Source of the DNA: Vezdaea acicularis
Taxonomy: Eukaryota
Assembly: GCA_026025075.1 (NCBI GenBank)
Contig: JAPEUI010000018.1
Coordinates: 124,001 to 188,000 of the forward strand
Length of the DNA: 64,000 nt
Reading direction: 5' to 3'
Position 1 is the stretch's first letter, and each line of letters opens with the position of its first letter. The notes under the pieces were generated by a model that made no database searches, was not told where the DNA came from, and saw nothing but the letters and a program-made list of their open reading frames with translations. A program made the translations under genes and the position numbers. Positions 1 through 12,116 of this stretch are shown in pieces.

Positions 1-1643
1 TATCGACCAACGCGCAGTGACCCAATCATCGCACAGGACATTTGTGCCTATCCGTGGCAAAGATACAAAGTGAAGGATGAGACAACTATGACTTCTAGTG
101 ACGTACATCGGCACGCAAAGGGAGCGTCGAGCCCACTTGACACAGATTTGAGGGGATCACAGAACGTGTTATCATGACTGGGTGGTAAATTCTGCCGCAC
201 ATAGCAAGGTTCTTTCCCTGCATTGAAAGTGATGCAGAGGCGGCCGTTGCGATCATAGTAGCCTTGGAAATAAGGACACAACCAGCCCCTGGCCCAGCGT
301 AGTAAAGGGATCACACGACCCGCTATCCTGCAGATCCATAATGGTAGTGGGTCGAGGCATGGACCAATGATGCAAGTGGAGAAACACTGTGTGGGAAGCT
401 CGAGGATACTGGATTGAAAATACCTGCAACTACTGGTCATTGACCCAAGGCCTTAAGACTCTAATGCATACAGCTAACCCGCGCGCATGGAAATGGCCTA
501 CCCATTGTCAAGATCTACTTTCCTATCAACTACCTGTCAGCGAGGTATACAAAGGAAACTCTCAACCACGTCACTGGTAGTCCAAGTCTTCTTGCATCAT
601 AATACCGCCATGAGCAAGGAGGTGAAAGACGAGATCCTTACCTTTTCCACATGTTACCTTGGTGGTGGTCATTTTTTGCCGAGACTCTCCGTTATGGAGT
701 CTTTTCGCTAACCGGCAAGCCGGTATATCCACAGCTCCATCGACATCCTGTTGAGGTGCGATCGTCCCGACGATCTTCCTAAACTTATCCATGACTATGA
801 AATGATCAAGAGAATTTGGTGGGTAGTCGACTAAATCGATGGAGCCGAAGAAGTGTTCACCCTTAGGACGTGACGCCTCTTCCGCATTGCACCTGCTTCC
901 AAGGCAGCAAGGCAGGCTTTCCATTAGAGACAGATTCACGACAGGCTCGATGAGATTGCTTCCCCTGCTTGAAAGCTGGAATGAGAGCCGTTGGACGTCA
1001 TAAGTGGCTTTCATTGTACGCCACCTCGGTCCTATTTCAGCTATACCTGCAGGGCTAAGTTTCTGGGGCATGCACAAAATTCTCTGACAAGGGCTTCTCC
1101 GGAGGGGCAAACTTCAGCAAGGAGATCCCCCTAGTAGTGAAGGATTGATCGACACGCCAGAGGCTTTGTTGATTGATGCGTGCTTTCTGTTTCTTCTTCC
1201 GCGGCCTCACGGCTCTGTCAATATCAATATGGCTAAAGAGTATAGTGGTGGGAAGAGGGGTTTGGAGACCACATTTACTTACCGGAAGAGGATAGGGATC
1301 GTCATTCTTGGGAATCTTACATTACGTTGTGATCATTACAACCCTGCCAACGATGAAGATATTGGCGCCGGATTGGATCCAAAGCCTCCGACAGACGGAA
1401 GGCAGGGTTGGCGACCCAAGCTTTGGCCACGCAAAGAGGGAATCATGGGCGGAGCTCGCAGGATCTCCGAGACAGATGGTCCAAGGCTCAGAAATCTATA
1501 AAGACGCCCTTCTTTCTCTCCAATTCAGTCCTCTTTCACAACAAGAACAAGCAATAGCAACAGCAACAGCAACAGCACTCAATACAACCAAAGACAATCA
1601 AACCTCTCTCTTTCTTCAAAGAACCAATCTTACAGCCTTAAAG

Positions 1644-2226
1644 ATGCATTTCTCTACCATCACCGTCATCGTATCCATGGCCCTCCTTGCCAGCGCCGGG
1701 CCCCTCGCTCCCCGCAACAGCGGTCCATCGCCGCCAAAAACCCCCCCAGGCACCGTGTACAATAACCAATGTGCCAACTATGGCCAGGCCCAGTGCTGCA
1801 ACAGCTACGATACTACCGTCATCTCACAGATTGGGGCGGCCGGCATCCTTGATATTCTCTCCGGCGGCTTGGCCCTCCTCAACGGCGTCGGTCTATTTAA
1901 AAATTGCTCGCCCTTGAGTCAGTTTCCCTTTACTCCACTCCCTTTTCACCTTCTCTCCATTTGGCCAGCCGGCCTTCCACAAAAACACTCACATATTTAT
2001 ACTGACATCGAAACAAACAGCTGTCGGCGCTCTCATCTCCGACACATGCAACTCGAACGCGGTCTGCTGCCAGACTAATAACCAACAGGTTTGCCTGCCT
2101 TCTCTTCCCTTCCCTTTCTCAATGCAAATCAATCCTCCCTCCTTAGAATAACACTAACCGATCTTGTAGAACGGAGGAATCAATGTCAACGCCTCTCCTT
2201 GCATTCCGATCTCCAACCTCCTCTGA
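1644..2226 (+). CDS. Class I hydrophobin (3 exons: 1644-1917, 2021-2088, 2170-2226)
   Basis: Signal peptide MHFSTITVIVSMALLASA. After removing two GT..AG introns with CTGAC/CTAAC branch sites, the protein shows the 8-Cys pattern C-X7-CC-X35-C-X12-C-X5-CC-X16-C and ends CIPISNLL*. Confidence 0.93.
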
Positions 2227-2744
2227 GCGGGCGGCGGCGGGCGAGATCAAGGCAGAAGGCATATTTTCTCACCACCAGTCGGCTTCGTTTGTTTCACGAA
2301 GATTCTGCAGCAGTCTTTTTCAAGCGGCGGTGGCCTCTGAAGGATGGAGAAGGGAAAAATGCTTTGCTGTTTTGGTAGGGATCTAATGGTAGCAATAGTA
2401 AATCGACAGATAGTGGATCTTGAAAGTTGTGGTATTTGTTGTTGGTGAAGACAGTAATGTGATGGAAATGCAGGGAAAACGATATAGACAATTATATTAT
2501 TTAGTAACACGTTCACTCTTCGATCACTGTAGTTCCACGTCTGCTTGAACTTCAGCTACTCTAGGGCCCATATTTCATAAGCTAAAGTGCTCTTCATAGC
2601 TGTCCGAGAATAGCTTAATGCATTAGGTTCTAGCTAGCTAAACGCGAATCATTAGGGCGTAAATTGCAGGCCATAACCAAGAAGGTGAGACTGCCGACTG
2701 CCAGTGTACTAAGGGATCATCCCACAGGGGAGCATCGCATAAAG

Positions 2745-3006
2745 GATGATTCCACGAGGCAAGATAGCGGTAAGACTGCTGGTGCGCCCTGAGGAGCCAT
2801 CCCATAAGAGATGACTCCACAAGGTAAGGGAAACGGTAAATCTGCCGGTACGCCCTAAAGGTACCATCCCATGAGGGATGATGACTCCACAACGTAAGGA
2901 AAGCGGTAAGACTACCGGTACACCCCAAGGGACCATCCCATAAGGAATGACTCCATAAGAGATGACTTCATAAGGCAAGGAAAGCAGTAAGACTGCCGGT
3001 GCAACC
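2745..3006 (+). repeat. Degenerate ~66-80 bp tandem repeat (about 4 units), probably a decayed coding repeat
   Basis: Recurring unit GACTCCACAAGGTAAGGAAAGCGGTAAGACTGCCGGTAC-CCC-AAGGGACCATCCCATAAG. It translates as MTPQ.KESGKT.GTPQGTIP*G with stops at Gln positions. Confidence 0.75.
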
Positions 3007-3718
3007 CTGTGGTCCAGTGAGCCCATGTGGTAGACCTGCCTGGGGGGCTCTCTTTAACTGCGGCGGCTTTGCCGAGGTGGCCTGTGGTGGTATCCCATGT
3101 GGTACGTAGTGGGGTCACAGGCATGAAGAAAGGCTGGTCTAAGTCCGGGCGTAGGGCGTAGCGACCAGGCTGGTCAAGGCAGCATGCTCGCAGTACATAT
3201 AGATGCAGAAGAGGCAATGTGGTTGATACGTCGCTGTTTCTAGTTGCCCGGTTTCCTACCATAGCGACGTGACATGCCATAGGCGCTGCAGCAGATTAGT
3301 CCGGTCGTAGCCTTGTCATGACGTGGAACGATATCGCCGTCGCCTTGTGGATAACTCCCGGCGCTTATATTCTAGCTATGAAAATAGCCTAGATTTATTC
3401 CGATTATTGTCGGTAGATGGAGGTCCATATACGTTCGTGCTCCATTATTTAGGAGATATGACTGACCGGGTTTAGAGGTCAAAACCCATTATTTGGAGGG
3501 TATCGACGCCCTTAACTTGCATATACAGGTGTGACGTGGAGTCAGAATCTACAGGCATTAAATTCATATCAGCATTCGGATCAATCGCAGCTCCGCCAGA
3601 AACTATTTCTAGTCAGCCTAACCCTATTCTGGGAAGGTTATGCATCTGACATCTCCCAGCTTGATCCCGCAGCAGTTTACTCGGGGCCCATTTCGCATAT
3701 CGCAACTGGCTCTACAAA

Positions 3719-3988
3719 CGAAGCGGTTGACAAAATTGATAGTCCCTAAGCGAATGGTGGGCATGTTTACCCATCAGCATGCATTGCTTCCAGCAGTCCG
3801 AGATCGTTGGCAATGGATGAAAATATTCCCTAGTATAGAGTCGATAGTGCTGCGCCTTTACTCTTGTTGAACGATCATGCTCCGAGTTATGTCAGTAGTC
3901 TGGCAGGGCCGTTTTGGGCCTTCGCGTGTGAAGCATTTAGCCAAGGGGAACCCCCGTTCATTCGCCATCACTTTTGTCCACCACTTCG
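3719..3988 (-). mobile_element. MITE family A copy 1 (270 bp, ~22-bp TIR), inverted relative to copies 2-4
   Basis: Ends are CGAAGCGGTTGACAAAATTGAT ... ATCACTTTTGTCCACCACTTCG. The interior is the reverse complement of 7650-7922 and 22061-22332. Confidence 0.85.
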
Positions 3989-4761
3989 ACTGGTCTCTAG
4001 TCAGTTGATGTGACTGCGATAATGATTAATGACTGGCAAATATGCGAGAGTTTATGCGGTAGATTGATATTATGCCTTGATAGAATAGCGTTAAATGGAA
4101 GCCATCATCTATGCAAGCCTAATTCCAATAGAGATCCTATTTACTTCTCCTTGAACCCGTGATTCCTTTTTAAAGGGACTACCTCCAGCCAAGTAAATTT
4201 AGAGCCGCCAACAGAGCTTTCCTGTAAGAGATAGTATCATGTCTTGCGATAAGTCTTATTATCACCAATCAGACTCTTAATAACGAGCCGTCTAGCAGCA
4301 TGTCTAAATCAAACAGCTGACTTGACTTATGATTTCGGCAGAACACAGTTCCCAACCTGTCCGCCAACTTGCGAAGTCAAAAAGCACTGAATGGCCTGTT
4401 ATCAGCAAAAAACTCATAATTGCTTAGAATGACAATCATGATCGCCAATAGATTGCGACTGACGCCTAGAAGCCGTCCACGTAAAATGAAAAAAGCAATG
4501 CACGGAGGATGGAAGGAGTAAGATTAGAGAGACAAAAACAAAAAAAACAAAACGTGTAGTTATGCAAACTCAGAGCACAAGAAAAGATACTACCTGAAGT
4601 ATACCTTGACTGGGGTCATATGCACGAGTTTTCCGTGATCAGAGACTTTCTCTTGAGTTTCATATACAAGGGTATGGAACCGGTCTTGGACAGGGTTCAT
4701 CTGGACGTGGTACTAACGAGCTGGAGTTCGATGACGCCATCAGTCTATCTGAAGAAAATCT

Positions 4762-6776
4762 TCAGGGTTGTGGTTGTTCATCGATTTTGCCCACAGGTAT
4801 GTTCGGAGGATGTTGCTTTTTTGTTGGTGACGAGACGCTAGATCTCCTAGCTCTGTATTCCGAAACCGCTTTTTTCGTTGCCTCGTTGATACACCTTATA
4901 GTCTCCCATTGCTCCTCCACTCCGAGTGCAAAGACAGGCGAATCTGTAAAGACCGCCTTTCCGGGATGGAGAATTTTGGCATCTTCCTTGTTGTCAAAAT
5001 ATCCCTTGACCTTGGGAAAGAGACATAAGGGAAGAGTCTCTCGTGCGCAAACCGCTATAGCTTCATCTTGGACAGCTACATTCTCGAGACTTAAGTACTC
5101 TTGAGCTTCCCAATCCGCTCTATCGAGGTAGGGGTCTGTTTGTAGCTCGATTATACAGCTATCTTTTCGCATCGCTTGCCACAGTGCAAATGCTGCCTCA
5201 ACTATCCCTGTCAAACTCGCTTCTAATTGATTGTCTTCGGATCTTGCAGCTAATGGCTGAAGTATATTCAAGATCTCCCGTACCGTAGATTTCACCGGGC
5301 TAAAGCTTGAGTGGGCAGATTCAGGAAGTAGTTCAAGACCTTGGATAGTCAGAGCTCTCCAGATGATCTCCCTGCTGGGTTCGGAAGATAATTTCTGCGA
5401 TACCTCATTTAATATCTCATCTCCCCCCCGAGCTTCAGATGAATAATAGAAGAAGGGTTTCTTGATAATAGAGTAAACGTAGCCGGCGATGATGTGTTGA
5501 ACATCTGCAAGCCTCAAGAACATGGAGACATCAGTTGAGGATATTGGCGTATATTTGAAGATCGCACTTGATCTGCTCAATTTTGCTTGGGTGGCCAGAG
5601 GTTCCTGTATTTAGAAAGATTGCGTCAATGATTGCATCAATGATAGTCATAGATTTGAAATGCTTTTATATGACTGACCTGCTCCGCTTCTTCCGATAGA
5701 CCCCGGAAAAATCCCTGCGCAACAGCTTCAACGAGGACTGAGATTCGCTGAAATTCACCCGCACTAGAAGCTGATATGAGCAATCTGATAAATTCTTATG
5801 GAAAACTGATCTTACTAATACGATTCCGGTTTCTTTTCCACGGCAGACGCAGACTTGGCTCTTTCCAACTCTGAGCTAAGCCTTTTATTCTTAGACGTCA
5901 GCGCTTCTTCCACTATTTCCATTCTTTTTAGATCTTTTATAGCACGCTGGCCTTGCTCACACTCCTTCTTGAGGTTTTCGACCTCTTTTTGACACTCCTT
6001 CTTGAGGGTTTCGACATGTTTTTGAGCTGTAGCCTCAACTTCCGCTCTTTTCGCTTTCATTTCCTTCTTGAACTTAGATTTTTGTTCACTAACTTGCTTT
6101 TCGAAAGCTTGAACTTTCTTCTCGAAGGCTTCCTCTCTCTCTTTCTCTGCTGCAAGGTTCTCAGCGTTTAATTGTGCCTCTAATTCTTGATAATTCTTGC
6201 TCTCCTTTTCGAGAATTTCTTGAGTAGCTTTAAGCTCCTTAACCTCATCTCTGAGTGCCTTAGTTTTCTCACTATGCAATCGTGCTATGGTTTTTAACTC
6301 ATTTCTTAGATCTTCGATCGTTTTTTCTCTCGTGATCTCTTCTTCATAGACTCCTTCGACGACTGCAACATCCTGGGCTAATGTAGAGTGAAGGACTTGG
6401 GCAATGCCAGCAATGCGTCGAAGTGACTCGTGAGCAGAAGCTAGCTTGTATTCCAAGTCTTGAGACTCTTCGAGAGTAACACGACCAGAGACATTGCCGC
6501 TATTCGGCTTGAGCTTGTTTCGCTTTTTTTTATCCCGTGAGCTGACCTCTTCGAAAGACGGCAATCCATTGGAACTATTCTGATCTTGTGACATGTCGTA
6601 CTCCTACAACGCTCTTGAGCTTTCAGCTACTACAATCTTAGAGTGCTGAAGATATAAATGCTGCTTACCACACCGTAGTAGTGGACGCGCAGGCGACGAC
6701 GAATATGATCCACAGTGGATTGAGATCTTGAGATAGTACGATTTCTCTTCACGGAGAAAATATAGTTTGGACCCAT
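4762..6776 (-). CDS. Uncharacterised coiled-coil fungal protein (multi-exon)
   Basis: ORFs 5815-6594 (E/K-rich heptads) and 4762-5580 can be joined through GT..AG introns and a small exon near 5680-5764. A likely first exon MGPNYIF...YYGV starts at 6776 and is followed by GTAAGC. Confidence 0.7.
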
Positions 6777-7649
6777 AAGACGTATGATCAAATCATAGCG
6801 AGCAAAGAAGATAAGAATTCATTTTGGCTAAGTGCAAACTGAGAGAGATTTAAAGCATGATCATGGCTGGGACCTTGCCCAAGCAGATGCGAAGCAGCTG
6901 CAAAAGCGGGGCCAATGCGGCTCAATTAGGAAGATGATCATTTGCCTTGTTGGATGCCTCGATTTATGAGGAGGCTCAGGCATATGGGAGCCCAATCATG
7001 CTATAGAACGTGTCAGCGCACGTCGAGGCAGATCACATCTTCACTGGAGAACTGAGATACCGAGACGTCCTGGTTCGCTAGAACAGAACACCCGTAGATA
7101 CAAGTACCCTAAATTTCTAGTGGCGGCCACTAAGAAGAAGCGATTCAAGCGCAGCCAAGGGTGCTCGCTAGCGCACGGCCTAGGAATGGCTTCCGATTGC
7201 ACGAAAGACTGCTCGTGTAACCGGCTTTCGGCGCTTGTAGCTACCTACAGAGTGGGGTTACAAACGGAGTATGACATCTTCAACGGCTTTTTGCATCACC
7301 CTACTGCTCGTGAGGTGTTTGAATTAGAGTGAATAGATAAAAATAAATGCGTTGAATTCCTCCATCGTAGATTTATCCCATCCCCCATCAACAAGAAATT
7401 GGGCAAACTTTGTCGACATAGGCTCCACATGGAACTCACAGATTCGCTGTGGATAGGCGACTTGCTGAGTTGCAACGCACTTTCTAGTGCCTTTAAGCTA
7501 GATTATAGGTCCCTTATAATTCCATTTAGATGGCTACCCAATAGTTGACAGCACCTGGTTCCTTGCGATGCTTTCTCCATTAAGTCTTGACTGAACTATA
7601 GCGGTGAAAAAGGTCCTCTAGATCGAGTGACTTTCGGCCTGATGCAAGT

Positions 7650-7922
7650 CGAAGCGGTGGACAAAGTTGATGGTGCATTAAATGGGAGTTCCCCCATAGC
7701 TAAGGGCTACACACTCGAAGGCACAAACCGGCCCTGCCAGGCGGGGACAATAACCCAGAGCATGATAGTCCAACAAGAGTGAAGGCGCAGTACTATCGAG
7801 CTCATACCAAGAATAATTGTCATCGATTTCTAACGCCCTTGGAGATGCTGAAAGTAACGTATGCGGAGGGGTAAACATGTCCACTATTCGCTTATGCGCC
7901 ATCAATTTTGTCCACCGTTTCG
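7650..7922 (+). mobile_element. MITE family A copy 2 (273 bp)
   Basis: TIR CGAAGCGGTGGACAAAGTTGAT ... ATCAATTTTGTCCACCGTTTCG. AGT flanks both sides. Confidence 0.85.
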
Positions 7923-8106
7923 AGTGCCGTATAGCCGCTTTCGATCGAATATTCAAGCGTATGTATCAGGTACGGCTCCATCTAACGCCGGGTAACGCTT
8001 GTACCCTCCATTCAGAGGAAGAGGGGCAACTTTAATCCTATACCTCAACGAAGCGCCTTTTGTCAGCTGGAATACGGAAGGCCGGTCCTTAGATATAGTG
8101 CCTCCT

Positions 8107-9165
8107 TCACCAATCACCACCCAGAGTATTCACCGTCGCATCTTTCGTCCTATATAGAGGCGAGAACCCCGCAGCAGTAGGCTGCAACCAGTTTTTATTA
8201 TCATACTCCTGATCCCCTTCAATAACATGGAACGTGTATATGAACCTGCTCTTCGGACTAAGGTTTTTCTCGCTCTTGTGTAGCAAATTCCCATGAATTA
8301 GCACCAAAGTGCCAGCTTCGACCTCCTCTGGTTTAAATTCAGTGCTCTCTTCCACCGCCTCCCATCCAGGCTCTTCTGCATAAGCAAGGTCATCTTGTGG
8401 AAACTTTGCGCCGCTCACCTCCTCGAAGCCCGTTCCGCCACGGGACATCCTCACAAAACGCTTGCGCACAGGTTCTCGTAGATGGCTTCCGGGCAGGAAG
8501 CTCAAACAGCCGTTCTCGTGCGTAGCATCTTCGAGCGCTATCCAAAAGCCAACAGCGCTTGGTGGGTTAGTATACAAGAACGTGCTATCCTGATGGGGCG
8601 GGACGGCGCCGCCAATCTCAGGCTGTTTGCAAATGATCATCGATTGCAGTACTTCTGGGTTGCGAAAGTTGAGGGAACGTGCTATTGAGGCAACGGAAAG
8701 GGACATTGCGATAGAACGGAAGGGCGGGCTGAGGGTATGGAGCGAGTGCCCAATCTTGTTGATGGCACGAGCAGGTGGCTTTTGGAGCGTACCGTCCGGG
8801 GCGAAAGCGTCTGTGCTTAATTAGCGAAGGAGCCAGAAGACTGTAGAGCTAGATAGCTGTGTACTCTCTTCGAAGAAGAATCGGACCTTGTCCCCGCTAG
8901 TGAGAAAGTACTCATCGCCAACATGCTTTTCGCCGCTTTCCCCGCCAGTGGAGAACTTCGTCATAGGGTGATCTTCAAGCGGAATGTTCGCAAGAAGGGA
9001 TTCCGTTTCATGCTTAAGGGATTGAACCTCATGTTGTGTCAAAAACGAGGGTAAGATCAGATAGCCATCTCTTCGAAACCGACTTGTTTGCTCGGGTGAG
9101 AGACCAGTGAAAGCCCCAAGCTCTTTGGACCCTGTTATTGTGTCATGAACCTTTGTAGGTGCCAT
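8107..9165 (-). CDS. Phytanoyl-CoA dioxygenase family (PhyH/PHYHD1-like) Fe(II)/2OG dioxygenase, one intron near 8812-8865
   Basis: Motifs QSMIICKQPEIGGAVPPHQDSTFLYT, WIALEDAT..NGCL, IHGNLLHKS..N.S.KSR and an N-terminal F.RDGYL. Confidence 0.93.
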
Positions 9166-9395
9166 GGATAATGCATGCAATCAAGAAAAGAAGAATAAGC
9201 TATGTAATCTAAGCCTTCAGAATAGGTATCACTAGGTGGTACAGGAGTATCGCGGGACGGCTCCTTCCGCTTCTACAGAACTGCGTCATGCTGGACTCAC
9301 AGCCGCTAAAGCCGCCAATATCACACAAAGTGATCTCACCAGCCCTTGATAGGTAGCAGAGACATGAAACAGCTTTTGTCATTTTCAAGGTATCA

Positions 9396-9987
9396 TCAAC
9401 TCTTACTCCTCACACATAGCGCAATCCCACACAAACTCAACGCCATCCCAATCCACGTGTCTAGCCAGCCCCACACGAGTTAGCACGGTGCAGGTCCAGC
9501 CACATTCACCCACAAAGTGATACCGAGTGACATACCACGGGAAATAATCTTCCTATCCACCCACCAATCACCAAGCACCGTGAACAAAAACGCCAGGGAA
9601 TTCGTGATCGGAACCGTGAGACTCAATTCTGCCCGCCAATAAATCAGCGCTGCACAAAATTTTACGCTCCATAGTAAGGCCAAGGTGTGGCTTACCGGCT
9701 TTCCCTATCAGCAGGAAGAACCACACGCTGCCCGTCAAGTTGATGACGAGCGGCAAGAGGTACGCCGGCGTACGCAACATATCTATGGTGGTAAAGAACG
9801 CGCCATAGAGTTTCTTCCGCACCCAGCCTATCGAGGGATCCCGCAGCAGTGGTCGGGGCGTGGGCTTGAATGCAACGGCGGCTTTGCGAATGAATGGCGT
9901 GGTGAAGCCCCACGCCATGCCGACAAGGATGAAGCCCAGAATGGCGCGGAAGGGATCTGGCGCTGCTGGCGTCTCGTCGGAAGCCAT
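9396..9987 (-). CDS. TMEM234-like small drug/metabolite-transporter-fold membrane protein (3 exons)
   Basis: Motifs GFILVGMAWGFTTPFIRKAA, YLLPLVINLTGSVWFF, ELSLTVPITNSLAFLFTVLG. Last exon ends TWIGMALSLCGIALCVRSKS*. Confidence 0.88.
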
Positions 9988-10368
9988 GGTAGGGCGGAAT
10001 TGAGTCTTTGGGAATTCTTCTAGAAATAGTTATTGCTGCATGGTGGTGTTCTCATACATCAAATGCTAAGCTGGCAGAGCTCCATTGAAAGCTTGGCTGT
10101 GCCTGCCAAGGAATACATGCAATCGGGTCTTGCCGATAGGACCTCACGTCTTGCTCATGGTGGGAAAGCAGCAGCGCACAAGGCGGGGATAGCGATGTGT
10201 GACATCTGGTCGCTCTCCCCAGTCTGATCTTTAGTTTTGCTGCTTGTCATCCAGCGTCCCGGAGCTCTTACGCTGTTATTCACCGCCTCGGCACCTTTCC
10301 CGCGTACTTCATGCGACATCCTGAACGGCTTCTCAGCTCTCCCTACTAATCGCCTAAACCCTCTCACT

Positions 10369-11700
10369 ATGGCGCCGTATGGTGATTCTCCCCTCATGAA
10401 CATTCGCCGCAATGCTCATGACGCCCTCTCGACCCTCCGGTACTCCCCCCTCGCAGAAGTGTCCGGCTCCCTCGGCGATCTCGGCACGCTCCTCCCCCTC
10501 CTCATCGCCCTCACCCTTACAGACTCCATCTCCCTCTCCAGCACCCTAGTCTTCACCGGCCTCTCCAACATCCTCACCGGTCTCTTCTTTGGAATCCCCC
10601 TGCCCGTGCAACCTATGAAAGCCATCGCCGCCCTCGCCATCGCCAACAACTACACCCGCGCCTCCACCGCCTCCGCAGGCCTCTTCGTCGCCGGCAGCGT
10701 CGGCATCCTCTCCCTCACCGGCCTCCTCTCCACCTTCTCCAAAGCCGTCCCCGTCCCCGTCGTGAAAGGCATCCAGCTCGGTGCCGGCCTCTCCCTCATC
10801 CTCTCCGCCGGCTCCAGCCTCTTCACGCAACTCACCTGGACAACCCCCAGCTGGGCCGACAACCACTTCTGGACGCTGTTCGCCGCTTTCTTCCTCCTCC
10901 TCAGCACCATCCTCCCCCACATCCCCTACGCCCTCTCCATCTTCGCCCTCGGCCTCCTCTTCTCCCTACTCCTCCTCCCCCTCCCCCTCTACCCCCACCC
11001 CCAAACATGGCACCCCCAACCCCACCTCCCCACCCCCTCAACCTTCTACCACGCCTCCCTCGAAGCAGGCCTCGCCCAACTCCCCCTCACCCTCCTCAAC
11101 TCCATCATCGCCGTCGCCCACCTAAGCCAGGACCTCTTCCCCACCCGCCCCCTCAGCGAAACCCACATCGGCCTCTCCATCGCCGCCATGAACCTCCTCG
11201 GCTGCTTCTTCAGCGCCATGCCCACCTGCCACGGCAGCGGCGGTCTCGCCGCCCAGTACCGCTTCGGCGCCCGTAGCGGCGCCTCCGTCATCCTCCTCGG
11301 CGCCTTCAAGTTGTTCCTCGGCTTGCTCTTCGGAGACTCCCTCGTGCACCTCCTCCGCCGCTTTCCGAAGGGTTTACTAGGCGTGATGGTCGTTGCGGCG
11401 GGTCTGGAGCTGGCGAAAGTCGGGGAGAGTCTTAATCTCGGGGCGAGAGATTTGTGGGCGCATGAAGGCGATGCGGAGAGGGTGCTTACCGATGACGATA
11501 GGAAGAGGCGGTGGAGCGTCATGCTGGTGACGGTGGGGGGCTTGCTTGCGTTCAGGAACGATGCGGTGGGCTTTGCGGCCGGTATGGCTCTGCATTGGGC
11601 TTATCTGCTTCAGGATGGGAAGTTAAGACATAAAGGCTTTTGGGGGGCTAGATGGAGGTTTGGGAGGGGCGGGGGAGAGACGGAACCGCTTTTGAACTAG
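10369..11700 (+). CDS. MOT1-family molybdate transporter
   Basis: Motifs EVSGSLGDLGTLLP, PLPVQPMKAIAA, AQLPLTLLNSIIAV and AMPTCHGSGGLAAQYRFGARSG. Many transmembrane segments. Confidence 0.9.
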   Translation: MAPYGDSPLMNIRRNAHDALSTLRYSPLAEVSGSLGDLGTLLPLLIALTLTDSISLSSTLVFTGLSNILTGLFFGIPLPVQPMKAIAALAIANNYTRASTASAGLFVAGSVGILSLTGLLSTFSKAVPVPVVKGIQLGAGLSLILSAGSSLFTQLTWTTPSWADNHFWTLFAAFFLLLSTILPHIPYALSIFALGLLFSLLLLPLPLYPHPQTWHPQPHLPTPSTFYHASLEAGLAQLPLTLLNSIIAVAHLSQDLFPTRPLSETHIGLSIAAMNLLGCFFSAMPTCHGSGGLAAQYRFGARSGASVILLGAFKLFLGLLFGDSLVHLLRRFPKGLLGVMVVAAGLELAKVGESLNLGARDLWAHEGDAERVLTDDDRKRRWSVMLVTVGGLLAFRNDAVGFAAGMALHWAYLLQDGKLRHKGFWGARWRFGRGGGETEPLLN

Positions 11701-12116
11701 GCGTTTGGGCCGAAAGCGATGGTGCTTAGGGTTTAGAACATTGGCAGTGGGTAGACTGGGGGAAACGGAGTATCTTGTTAGAGTGGAGGCGTGCGGAGAT
11801 GGGGCGTATGCCTGATTTTAAACACCTCAATGCATAATGGAACGGATTTCTTCACTTGATAGGGACGGAAAGGTTCATTGACGCTCTCACACATTGTGCC
11901 TCATGGCTATTTATCCTATATACTAGTGATCCCCCCATGTACTGTACAAGAAAAGGAACCAAGAAAAGACCGAGAAGCAGAAGAAAAGAGTGTCAACATG
12001 ACCTGCACGAGACTGGTATCAACTTATTCCCACCACAGAGTCCACAAGACAACCCAATATACCCAGAGAAATGTTGAGCGGGCCTAGGACGGTTATGAGA
12101 AATGAGCTAATACTCA

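Noticed and set aside
1..1110. ORFs 48-440 and 571-1110, and stop-interrupted + strand frames (possible pseudogene)
   Set aside because: No recognisable motif or consistent frame. I cannot support a call without a homology search.
2745..3006. CRISPR-like array
   Set aside because: The units are degenerate tandem repeats without unique spacers, and the context is eukaryotic.
7678..7956. Similar short ORFs at 3640, 7678 and 22025 as a small gene family
   Set aside because: They fall inside the MITE family A copies and their frames are not conserved.
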